A DNA stretch of 64,000 nt from Tubiluchus corallicola (taxonomy: Eukaryota > Animalia > Priapulida). Made by a program: the position numbers and the translations under genes. How positions within the stretch are numbered: the first letter of the stretch is position 1; each line of letters starts with the position of its first letter. Shown here piece after piece: positions 26,129 through 36,020 of the stretch. The stretch lies in assembly GCA_030141605.1 (NCBI GenBank), contig JAQGDQ010000104.1, forward strand, positions 310,001-374,000, in the 5' to 3' direction. A model generated the notes under the pieces. It was given only the letters and a program-made list of their open reading frames with translations. It ran no database searches and was not told the DNA's origin.

Positions 26129-28012
26129 TTAGGTTCCTCTACTGTGGCGCTGCTGAAGGACAATCAACCAGGTTAAAACGCATACGATACCAAATAAAGC
26201 TAGTGCAAAAGCCGAATGTATGAGAACCTCATTCGTATTATACATACTTCTTGAACTGTAAGGTAGAGCGTCTCTTGAACTCACAGCTCCAGCGACTATC
26301 CAGTCGTCTTTATCCACAATCTTGGCTTCTATTACAGCTGGACTGCACCTCTCATCTTCATCAAATTCTGGATTACCTTCCACGCAGGCAAGAACAACGA
26401 AACTATGGCGTCCCAGTGGGAAAGTCTTCAATGAATCTGGTTTTGTAATAAACCCGTTTTCATCTATGACAAAATAATCACGCATAGTAAGTAGTCTAAA
26501 CTTGGCTTCTACTGGAGTTGCTTCCACTCTAGGTTCACTAAGGTTACCTGTTGAGCCATCAGTATAAAATGTAAAATTGTACGAGTTTTTCGAAAATTTC
26601 GGATTCTCGCGATTTTCTTTCAAGACCACTACCTCAACATCCGTCTCCCTAACCCCATCTGAATTTGTAGCCGCTGCAAAAAATCGTTTAGTTCCTGGAG
26701 TCAGTTTTCGCGTACTTGTAATCAAACCATCATTGTCCACCTGAAACTCAGTTACATTGTCACCAGCCCGTGTTCTCAGGCCAAAAGAGAATGGGGGAAT
26801 GCGTTCTGCCGGCCTAGTATCGTGGACTTGCACAATGACCACCTGTCTACCTACTGGCAGGCTCTCAACAACAACTGTCTTATATGATGATTGCTTAAAG
26901 CTTGGCGGTGGACCTTGAAATTCTACTGTAATGTGCACAGCCGATATGGCACTATACGGCAAATCAGATTCAAACCAATCGTAGAAAGCTTTCACTGCTA
27001 TAAAGTACTCTGGTTCTGTGATTTTTCCAGTTACCATCAAATTACCTTGATCAATCATGAATGGCAACTCCTCTTTATATTCCTCGTTATCTAGCAACTT
27101 AAGTTTTAACATCTTATCTTGTTTGCGGGTTTCGCCATTGAAGGCAACAATTTTGCTCGGTTTTAGTTTTATTTGCGTTAAGTGCTTAGCGCTTTGCTTC
27201 ACTGTGCCGTAATACGTTTTTTCACTAAAATAAGGATTTAGCTTATAGTCAATAACATCGAAAGTGAGCATACAAGCGGATTTCTTTGCTGACAACCTAC
27301 CGTCAGTCAACACGATAGATACATTATATTGCGTCTCTTCCTCATAATCTAGCTTTTCGCGCAAGAACACGTCACAATAACTGTAATGGTCAGTACCATT
27401 TCTCGCTTTTGCTTCAAACTTGGAATCGGTGTCATTGACTTCACACTGTGGCGAATCTTCCGAAAGAAGAAGATTATCATCATCGACAACTACAAAAGTT
27501 GCTACTCTTGTTCCAATCTGTGCGTTTTCCAACACCGGATAACGTAGTTCTTGGTCCTCCCTTACCCTCGGTGCATAATTGTTGGTCACTTTAATCTTAA
27601 CTTTCACTACCAAGTCATCACTACCATCAAATATATTTGACGATTTGATGCATTTTAGGTGTATTTCCATCACCTCTTTTCTATCTGACTGCTTCTGTGA
27701 TTTGAGAAATGTTGATACATCCTGTTTTAGTATAAGACAGTAGGCGTACTTACTGTTTCCGTCAGTCAACCGTGATTTATATTGGACTCCTACCTTATAG
27801 AGCTCATGGTGAGATGTAGACGTAATTATATACGCTGGATTTCGATCGAAGAGTTCCACGCTTGACCCTGCCTTGTTGTTTTCAGTTATCATCACTTCTT
27901 TGTTTTCAGGAAATGCACCCTTGCACACGTTTAAGGCCAGTGTTGCTTTGAAATTTACCATCGCTACTATGACAGCTGCAACGCCAAGGCAGATACCTCT
28001 AGCGTTAACCAT
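26129..28012 (-). CDS. Single-ORF cadherin-like surface protein, subfamily A (627 aa)
   Basis: Signal peptide (MVNARGICLGVAAVIVAMVNFKATLA), ITEN, VLENAQIGTRV, LDYEEETQYNVSIVLTDG, PxF..xY repeat starts (PYFSEKTY, PSFKQSSY, PKFSKNSY), ESLPVG, FQVDNDGLI; C-terminal hydrophobic helix and 8-aa tail; accATGg start context. Confidence 0.88.
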   Translation of the reverse strand: MVNARGICLGVAAVIVAMVNFKATLALNVCKGAFPENKEVMITENNKAGSSVELFDRNPAYIITSTSHHELYKVGVQYKSRLTDGNSKYAYCLILKQDVSTFLKSQKQSDRKEVMEIHLKCIKSSNIFDGSDDLVVKVKIKVTNNYAPRVREDQELRYPVLENAQIGTRVATFVVVDDDNLLLSEDSPQCEVNDTDSKFEAKARNGTDHYSYCDVFLREKLDYEEETQYNVSIVLTDGRLSAKKSACMLTFDVIDYKLNPYFSEKTYYGTVKQSAKHLTQIKLKPSKIVAFNGETRKQDKMLKLKLLDNEEYKEELPFMIDQGNLMVTGKITEPEYFIAVKAFYDWFESDLPYSAISAVHITVEFQGPPPSFKQSSYKTVVVESLPVGRQVVIVQVHDTRPAERIPPFSFGLRTRAGDNVTEFQVDNDGLITSTRKLTPGTKRFFAAATNSDGVRETDVEVVVLKENRENPKFSKNSYNFTFYTDGSTGNLSEPRVEATPVEAKFRLLTMRDYFVIDENGFITKPDSLKTFPLGRHSFVVLACVEGNPEFDEDERCSPAVIEAKIVDKDDWIVAGAVSSRDALPYSSRSMYNTNEVLIHSAFALALFGIVCVLTWLIVLQQRHSRGT

Positions 28013-28289
28013 GGTAATTTCACAAATTTAACCAATAATTTCACAAATTAATTGCCATAATTTCTCCTGAATAATAAGTAAAGTGCCCTCCAGTTGTAAA
28101 TTTTAAATTTAATCCAGTCACACAGAATTATACAGTCACGAATGTAGTAAGGAAAAGGTATTATCGCATTCCAAAAATTTTTGAAGATTTAAAATGCATT
28201 GTGTTTTCGTTAAGAAGAATGTTACGTTTGGATAATGTTAATTACGTCACTGGCAGTCAACATCATTGAAAATATGGAGCCATTAAATT

Positions 28290-28365
28290 ATTCTTTATAA
28301 AATAAAGGGGCATGATCGTCGTCAACGACAACTAGAAAACTTTCTACTTTTGTTCCAATCTCGAA
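28290..28365 (-). pseudogene. Small cadherin EC2 remnant upstream of gene A
   Basis: Minus strand reads FEIGTKVESFLVVVDDDHAPL versus AQIGTRVATFVVVDDDNLLL in gene A. Confidence 0.6.
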
Positions 28366-28737
28366 ATTTGGGAAGCCATAACTAACCAACATGGCGGCAG
28401 GTGGCGACCCGATTGCCTATTCAACGGTGTGCCACACTACTGCCACTTACTTATTGATGTTTTGTACAGATCATTTCCCAAACCCTTTTACCCCATAATG
28501 TATAGTAAAAAGTGTACGACTTCGTGGAGCCGTTACTCCCATCCATCTCACAGTGTAGGATCTCACATCTCACATCTCACATCTCACATCCTCATCCTTT
28601 TTGCAGTGAGAGTCCAATCACTTATTTACCAGCAGTGTAGCTGTGACCTTTCCCAACGTTCAGCACCTTTTCCATAATCACTCCCCCAGATCCATTGCCA
28701 CGCTCTTTAAAACTAGAGATTATCATCTAACTCTAAC

Positions 28738-29090
28738 ACTGGCGAAATCTTGAAACGCACGGAAATGATGCACTGGCGCAAATATAAACGGGTGAACTGA
28801 AGGACTGGCGAAATGACATGCTGGCAAAATGAGAGCCTGGCAAAAAGATGCACCGGTGAAGAGATGCACTAGCGAAGTATATTCTTATTAAGCTCTTTCT
28901 GCACCTTTTCTAACTATAATTGTCGAAACGATACACTGGCGAAATGACACACTGGCGAAAAGATAGACTGGCAAAACGATGCACTGACGAAAAGATAGAC
29001 TGGCGAAAGGATAGACTGGGGAAATGGTAAACTGGCAAAATGGTGAAACGACAGATATGTAACCATTGCGAAATGCTAACTGGCGAAATG
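28738..29090. repeat. ~19-bp degenerate tandem repeat (actggcgaaa core), probably internal to a non-autonomous element
   Basis: Recurrent actggc[g/a]aaa; the same repeat appears at 58177-58230 and 63823-63965. Confidence 0.8.
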
Positions 29091-29284
29091 GGTGATTACT
29101 GGCTTGATTCAATACTTATATATAAAAAAATTATGCCATATTAAATTGACAAGGTTTTTCAAGTTAATTTTTACAAGTTGTTTTTCCTATACATGTTGTG
29201 GAAATGAAAATGTATGAATACGTGACTGAATGACTGAATTAATGTATGAAAGAAAAAATGCATGAATGAATAAATGAATGAATG

Positions 29285-29780
29285 AATTAATTAATTAATA
29301 AAAGAAAGAAAGAGTGAATTAATGAATGAGTTAACGAATGAATAAAGCAAGCAAGCAAGGAAGGAACGAATGAAAGAACGAATGAATGATCGAACAATTG
29401 GACGAACGAACGAATGAATGATCGAACAATTGGATGTACGAACGAATGAATGAATATTCTCCAGGAATAAGAATTATAATCAGGAATATGACTCACGATT
29501 TATGACAGCAAGTTTTATTATGTAACTAAATTAATTAATTAATTAATAAAAGAAAGAAAAAGTGAATTAATGAATGAGTTAACGAATGAATAAAGCAAGC
29601 AAGCAAGGAAGGAGCGAATGAAAGAACGAATGAATGATCGAACAATTGGACGAACGAACGAATGAATGATCGAACAATTGGACGTACGAACGAATGAATG
29701 AATATTCTCCAGGAATAAGAATTATAATCAGGAATATGACTCACGATTTATGACAGCAAGTTTTATTATGTAACTAAATT
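29285..29780. repeat. 248-bp tandem duplication (2 near-identical copies) in the 3' flank of gene B1
   Basis: ORFs 29287..29496 and 29535..29744 are near-identical at a 248-nt offset. Confidence 0.95.
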
Positions 29781-29994
29781 TTTTATAATGTTAGTTGTAC
29801 AAGCAAGAAATATCATAAATCAACCACGCCAAACAACTGAAACATGAGTTATTCAGACTGCAAAAAAGTCACAAAACTGACCCTAAAAAAGCAAAAACCT
29901 TAAACTTAATTTTGTTATCAAAATTAACATTGAAATTAACAACTAAAATACCCAAAAAATGTCGGTTTGTTTTGATACAGAGGAATACATTTCA

Positions 29995-31932
29995 TTAAGT
30001 CTCCATTATATGGCGGCGGGGCGAAGTAATCAGGTAGGCCAAAATGCAATTGATGCCGAACAAAGTTGCTGCAAATGCACAGAGTATGAGAACCTCGTTC
30101 AGGCGATAACTTTGTGCATCTGTTGGCTCGTCACGCAATGCCTGTATCCAGCCTTCGATCTTCATTACAACTGTGGCAATTACTTGAACAGCGCTGCATC
30201 TCTCGTCTTCCCCAACTTCGAGATTCCCTGCCGCACATGCAAGGACAATCAGATTGTATTTTCCCAGTTGCATAGTTACCAACAGATCTGTGCCCGTAAT
30301 AATCCCGATTGTACCGTTGCTTTCAATGACGAAATACTCATCCATGGTAAGTATCTTAAATGTAACATCTTCCTGAGATGTCACTTGTACCTTAGGAGGG
30401 TTACCTTCGTCATAAGAGAGTTCACCTTCAGAAACATTAATAGCAAATCTGAACTCGTATGTAGCCTTTGAAAATGTTGGATTTTTTTTAGTTACTTTCA
30501 AGACGGTTACCTCAACATCAGCTGTTCTGGTCGCATCTGCACCTGTAGCAATTGCACGATATTTTTTCATCCCTGGAGTTAGTTCTTTGGTAGTTTTGAC
30601 AATACCATTACTGTCGACTACGAACTCAGTTACAGGATTGCCAGTATTCGTCTGCAGACTGTAAGTAAATTTAGGAATGGATGGCCGGGGAGAATCTTGA
30701 GTTTGCAGAAGCAGGACCTCCCGACCTACTTTAACGGCATCCAAAATGGTAGCTTTATACACGCTCTGAGTAAACCTTGGTGGTACTCCATCGGGTTCTA
30801 CTGTAATGAGTATACCTGTAATTGCAGCGTAGAATTCAGGTTCGTTTGGCTTTCGGTTTCTATAAGAGGCCTTGACTGGCATAAAATACTCGGCTTCCGT
30901 GATTCTTCCAGTGATTTTTATGTCTCCTACAGTTTCCCCAGATCCTTCTTTGTTATGTGCATTGACAAATCGAAAAGGTTTACCACTAATTTCCAGACTA
31001 TATGTTATGTTTCCATCCTGTTTCCCCGTTCTGCCATCCAAGGCCAAAATTCTGTTTGGCTCAACGTTTACTATCATTCCTAGTGGGTCATCTTCTCTTA
31101 CCGTGGCATAATACATTTCTGCGTCAAACACGGGATTTACCTTGCACTCTGTTACATGAAAAGTAAATATCCTGGTCCTTTTTCTCGAAACACGGTTATC
31201 ACGTGGAGCTGAATCTTTTACAAAGACAGTCACCTTATGCTCTGCCTGCTGGTCATAGTTCAATTCTTCTCGCAAGAAAATCTCACACTCGCTAGTGTCT
31301 TTTTTGAATTTCGCTTCGAACTTGGCGTTACTCTCTTTTATCCAGCAATCCGTAAAAACGCCATAATTATCGACGATAGTAAAGTGTGCTATTCTTGTTC
31401 CAACTAAGGTGTCTTCCTTTACGGGAAATCTAGTGAGTATGCCCTCTCCAAAATTTACTGAATTCTTCTTCATTCTGCCCTCTCCAAAATTTACTGCATA
31501 CTTCTGCTTCATTTTAAACTTAACCTTCACTACCATGTCATCATATCGATGTATGTTTGGCAATTTGCTGCATTTTAGGTGTATGTCCATCACCTCTTTT
31601 CTATCTGACGACCTCTGTGATTTGAGAAATTTTGATACGTCCTGTTTGAGTACAAGATAGTAGGCGTACTTATTGGTTCCGTTAGGTGATTGTGATTTAT
31701 ATTTGTTACCTACCTTATAGAGCTGATTTTGAGACTTAGGCGTAATTAAGTATAATGGATTTTGTTCGAAGAGTTCCACGCTTGACCCTGCCTTGCTGTT
31801 TTCTGTTATCATCACTTCTTTGTTTTCAGGAAATGCACCCTGGCACACCTTTAATGCCAGTGTTGCTTTGAAATTCACCATCGCTACTATGACAGCTGCA
31901 ACGCCGAGGCAGATACCTCTAGCGTTAACCAT
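29995..31932 (-). CDS. Single-ORF cadherin-like surface protein, subfamily B (B1, 645 aa)
   Basis: Same signal peptide as A; VKEDTLVGTRI, ELNYDQQ, PVFDAEMYYATVRED, PNRILALDGR...NITYSL, PPRFTQSVY, FVVDSNGIV; hydrophobic C-terminus plus short tail PRRHIMET. Confidence 0.88.
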   Translation of the reverse strand: MVNARGICLGVAAVIVAMVNFKATLALKVCQGAFPENKEVMITENSKAGSSVELFEQNPLYLITPKSQNQLYKVGNKYKSQSPNGTNKYAYYLVLKQDVSKFLKSQRSSDRKEVMDIHLKCSKLPNIHRYDDMVVKVKFKMKQKYAVNFGEGRMKKNSVNFGEGILTRFPVKEDTLVGTRIAHFTIVDNYGVFTDCWIKESNAKFEAKFKKDTSECEIFLREELNYDQQAEHKVTVFVKDSAPRDNRVSRKRTRIFTFHVTECKVNPVFDAEMYYATVREDDPLGMIVNVEPNRILALDGRTGKQDGNITYSLEISGKPFRFVNAHNKEGSGETVGDIKITGRITEAEYFMPVKASYRNRKPNEPEFYAAITGILITVEPDGVPPRFTQSVYKATILDAVKVGREVLLLQTQDSPRPSIPKFTYSLQTNTGNPVTEFVVDSNGIVKTTKELTPGMKKYRAIATGADATRTADVEVTVLKVTKKNPTFSKATYEFRFAINVSEGELSYDEGNPPKVQVTSQEDVTFKILTMDEYFVIESNGTIGIITGTDLLVTMQLGKYNLIVLACAAGNLEVGEDERCSAVQVIATVVMKIEGWIQALRDEPTDAQSYRLNEVLILCAFAATLFGINCILAYLITSPRRHIMET

Positions 31933-32199
31933 GGTAACAATAATTTCACAAATTAATTGCCATAATTTCTATTGGATAATAAGTAAAGTGCCCTCCAGCT
32001 GTAAATTTTAAATTTAATCCAGTCACACAGAATTACACCGTCACGAATGTAGTATGGAAAAGGTATTATGGCATTCCAAAATTTTTTGAAGATTTTAAAT
32101 GCATTGTGTTTTCGTTAAGAAGAATGTTGCGTTTGGATAATGCTAATTACGTCACTGGCAGCCAACATCATTGAAAATTTAAAGCCATTAAATTAATCT

Positions 32200-32347
32200 T
32201 TTTTACTTTTGGCGTTTTTTGTTGAATCGTGGAACGCAACTCAAACTCACAACAGTCAGTAAACGAGATTATTGTCATTGCCACAATATTACGCAAAATA
32301 TTTACCATGGCATTGCCCATGAAAGCATCAAATACTTGAATTCGCAT
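32200..32347 (-). pseudogene. 5' remnant (signal-peptide region) of a subfamily-C cadherin-like gene
   Basis: MRIQVFDAFMGNAMVNILRNIVAMTIISF..CCEFEL matches MRIQVFNAFGGNAVTLVNFVAITIILF...YCEDSEL at 54967; flanking DNA 32240-33130 is homologous to 54840-55600. Confidence 0.55.
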
Positions 32348-33139
32348 AAGGAGGTGTATTTCTGTCCTCAATATCGGATAAAAGAGACTTCTCTATGTTC
32401 AACAAGAATGCAACGTCGATGTTAGTCATAATGTGCTACAGCCATAAGTAAACTACGACAAGAATTTCCAATGACAATAACTTGTGTTATCCTTGTCCCA
32501 CGTTGTAATTGCTGTTATCCAAATTCGTGGCTTCTCTATATACTGGTAAGGTTCAAAAACGAAAAAGGAAGGCAGCTTATGTAACAACAATGGCGTGACG
32601 TGTTTCTTTTCGTCTTTATTCTTTATTCTCGAATTGGCAAGAAAATGAGTTTTTGTGCAAACGTTTAATTGTGATTAAAGTCACCAATCATTAATTTATG
32701 AGGGCCAGAAAAAAAGTCACAATTTTGGCTAGGAAAGAAAGTTGGGTCTAAAACAAAAACATTCAAGTCAGTCATTATTTTGTTTGACTCGTAAATGGTG
32801 CTGACAAGCCACTGGCGTAGCAGTGTCTAGTTTTTGCTGGATTGCTGCTGTGTTTACCTGTCTGAAGGGGAGACTTCTTTTATTTGAAATTCTACCTGTC
32901 AAAGGTTTATAATAGAAGTGATGGGCGTATGATGATAACGATGATGATGAATTTTATTTATCATCATAAACAATTAAAGTAATAAAACAGAAAATATTTT
33001 TAATCAGTAAACTGGCAGAGCATGATTTCTACATATTGACAACACTATTTAATTAATAATGGCATTACATGTATGTGAAAAAATCACATTTTGTTCAACA
33101 TCTTAGGTTTAGGGTCAAGGGTTAGAGTTAGTACAAAGA

Positions 33140-33560
33140 TGCGAAGATGCAAGTATCTCGGTAGTCTGCTGGCAACAGAAGACGACATATCAAGAGGGAA
33201 GATAATGGCATTATCAGCTTACTCAAAAGTCACAAAAGTTTTTGAGAATAGGAAGATTTCTTTGGAAACAAAAATTAGAATATTCTCAGCCTTAGTTGAA
33301 ACTGTATTTCTGTATAACTCTGAGCTCTGGACATTAAAAGCAAATCATAAAGCTGAAATCGATGCGTTTCAAAGGCGAAATTACAGAAACATTTTGGGTA
33401 TTAGATGGCCAAACAAAATTTCAAACAAAGATCTATATGAAAAAATAAAAGAAGAACCTTGGACAAGAAAAATAAAAAGACGCCGTTTAAGATGAATTGG
33501 GCATATGCTTAGGCAACCTGATGATATTCCAGTGAAGATAGCTCTTCAACAAGCCATAGA
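33140..33560 (+). mobile_element. RTE-clade LINE reverse transcriptase C-terminal fragment
   Basis: KYLGS...KISLETKIRIFSALVETVFLYNSELWTL...IDAFQRRNYRNILGIRWPNKISNKDLY...IKRRRLR*IGHMLR: RTE-type thumb/C-terminal motifs, with TGA at the conserved Trp. Confidence 0.88.
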
Positions 33561-33566
33561 ACCATA

Positions 33567-34505
33567 GAAGGACAATCAACCAGGTTAAAATGCACACGAT
33601 ACCAAATAAAGCTAGTGCAAAAGCCGAATGTATGAGAACCTCGTTCGTATTATACATACTTCTTGAACTGTAAGGTAGAGCGTCTCTTGAACTCTCAGCT
33701 CTAGCCACTATCCAGTCAACATTTTCCTGGATTACCTTCCACGTAGGCAAGAACAACGAAACTATGGCGTCCCAATGGGAAAGTCTTCAATGAATCTGGT
33801 TTTGTAATAAACCCGTTTTCATCCGTCTCCCTAACCCCATCTGAATTTGTAGCCGTTGCAAAAAAATCGTTTAGTTCCTGGAGTCCGTTTTCGCGTACTT
33901 GTAATCACACCATCATTGTCCACCTGAAACTCACTTACAGTGTCACCAGCCCGTGTCCTCAGGCCATAAGAAAATTTGGGAACGTATTTTGCCGGGGTAG
34001 AATCATCGACTTCCACAATGACCACCTGTCTACCTACTGGCAGGCTCTCAACAACAACTGTCTTATATGATGTTTGCTTAAAGCTTAGCGGTGGGCCTTG
34101 AAATTCTACTGTAATATGAACAGCTGATATGGCACTATACGGCAAATCAGGTTTAAACCAATTGTAGAAAGCTTTCACTGCTATAAAGTACTCTGGTTCT
34201 GTGATTTTTCCAATCACCAGCAAATTACCGCGACTGAAGTCACTAAGAATCATGAATGGCAACTCCTCCTTATATTCCTTGTTATCTAGCAACTTAAGTT
34301 TTAACATCTTATCTTGTTTGCCGGTTTCGCCATTGAAGGCAACAATTTTGCTCGGTTTTGGTTTTATTGCCGTTCCTTCCTAATGTTTTGCTTCACTGGC
34401 GTAAAACATTTTTTCACTAAAATAAGGATTCAACTTATAGTCCATAACATCGAAAGTGAGCATACAAGTGGATTTCTTTGCTGACACGCTACCGTCAGTC
34501 AACAC
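33567..34505 (-). pseudogene. 5'-truncated subfamily-A cadherin pseudogene
   Basis: High DNA similarity to 26156-27314; +1 A in the run near 33860, a 177-bp deletion at ~33822 with CATC microhomology, a further deletion near 33720, and last codons replaced by LINE sequence. Confidence 0.92.
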
Positions 34506-35694
34506 GTTAGAGTTAGTTTTAAGGTTGAAGTTGTCTCATTTTTCTTATGACTTTTTTACCTGGATTCATGTTGGTGAAGTGGGCTTCCATGGACAGGCAT
34601 CATCCGCTCACAGCTTAATCATGACTTGGTGTCTGTGGATGCCCTGAGCTATTACCTTTTAGAATCACTTTAACGGTCAAACAACATGAGCTCCGACAAA
34701 CGGCAATATAATTAAATTCGCATAGCTTAAAGGACAAGAAAAAGGGTCTTCAAAGTGGTTTTCACAAAAATCGCTTTAAAAGAATTATATTAGTTTATGG
34801 CAATCTTAAGCACGTATCCTACTCACGTTAAAAGAAATGCCTGTTTGCTACATGCACGCACGCATGCACGCATGCACACGCACACGCACGCACACACACA
34901 CACACACACACACAGTAACATCAATTGAACTTCGTTTTCAGTTGCAACCTAAAAAGGGCGTCCTTAGAACGGCAACCACTGCATGTGAACTTCATTCTAG
35001 CAGCAGTAAAGGTCCTGGCAAAACATTTTATGCATTAACCATTTCTATTAACTTGTTGTTAGATTTTGCACTGAGGACTGCAAAAAATGTTATTGTAGGC
35101 TCTCTTTACACACCTGGGTTTTTTAAAAACACTAAGCTTAAAGTTTTACCCGAGGAATCACCTCTTTAATTTGATAGCTATGTATAACTAATGTTTCAAC
35201 GAATATTTACTTTTTAAGGTTTTCAAATTTTTTCATACCTAACTGAACTGCACTGACTAAGCAGCATTTCTACTTGCCGGCCTGTGTTTTGCGTCCATTG
35301 CAGTGTAAGTATCACTGCTATAATTATGATACTACAACATTCTTATGAAGAATTTGTACAAATTTCACTATTTTCATCAAAACGCGAAAATATTCAAAAT
35401 GAGGCCGGCGATCGCACACTGACTGGTGGTTTTCACTCTTTTTTCTTAAATGGTCTGAAATTTTTTTCTTACATAAACAAAAACTTTATGCAATAGCCTA
35501 CAGTAAACATATGCACCGAAACAGTAAGGAAGTATACATTAATTGAATATATGAGTAAAACACAAAATCGTAGTGCAACATACATTCACTGTTAGAAATC
35601 GAATTGCTGTGAGCATTATTGTACAAATTTAAGTCTGTTGATGGTCAAAACGGAAATCTTACAAATTTTGTGAAAAGAACTATAAAATTTTAGT

Positions 35695-36020
35695 GTACCA
35701 GACAACGCATTTGTAAACATTTGACAACGCCTCATATACCAAGCTATTGTAATATTAACAGCTGTAACAGCTAGCTAGAACCTTACCTGGTTCATTTTTT
35801 CTTATTCCCAAACAAGAGCCTGCTAATAAATCACTCTACGGACAGACTAATGCACAATTAAGTCTACGTAAAGCAACTGAAATTACTGAACTGAGGTGGC
35901 AGACAGCTTTGCTTTACACACATGTCACGCGCCGGTTGTAGTTAGGACGCGTTGCTGTGGTACACTTAACCTTTGACCTGGGGCGACTACTTGCGCATAA
36001 TGAAACTGTGAAAAGGCTTG
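35695..36020 (-). promoter_or_regulatory. Duplicated block (also 56700-56990): candidate non-coding first exon or promoter of the minus-strand cadherin genes
   Basis: Both copies keep a minus-strand AG|GTAAGG donor (cttacct at 35782-35788 and 56772-56778); DR1-like AGGTCAAAGGTTA on the minus strand at 35967-35979. Confidence 0.35.

Noticed and set aside
29959-31660. Plus-strand ORFs overlapping B1 (and equivalent antisense ORFs over A, B2 and the GPCR)
   Set aside because: Shadow ORFs of real coding sequence.
33815-33830. 177-bp deletion in the pseudogene as a spliced-out intron
   Set aside because: No placement gives GT-AG ends; 4-bp microhomology indicates a deletion.
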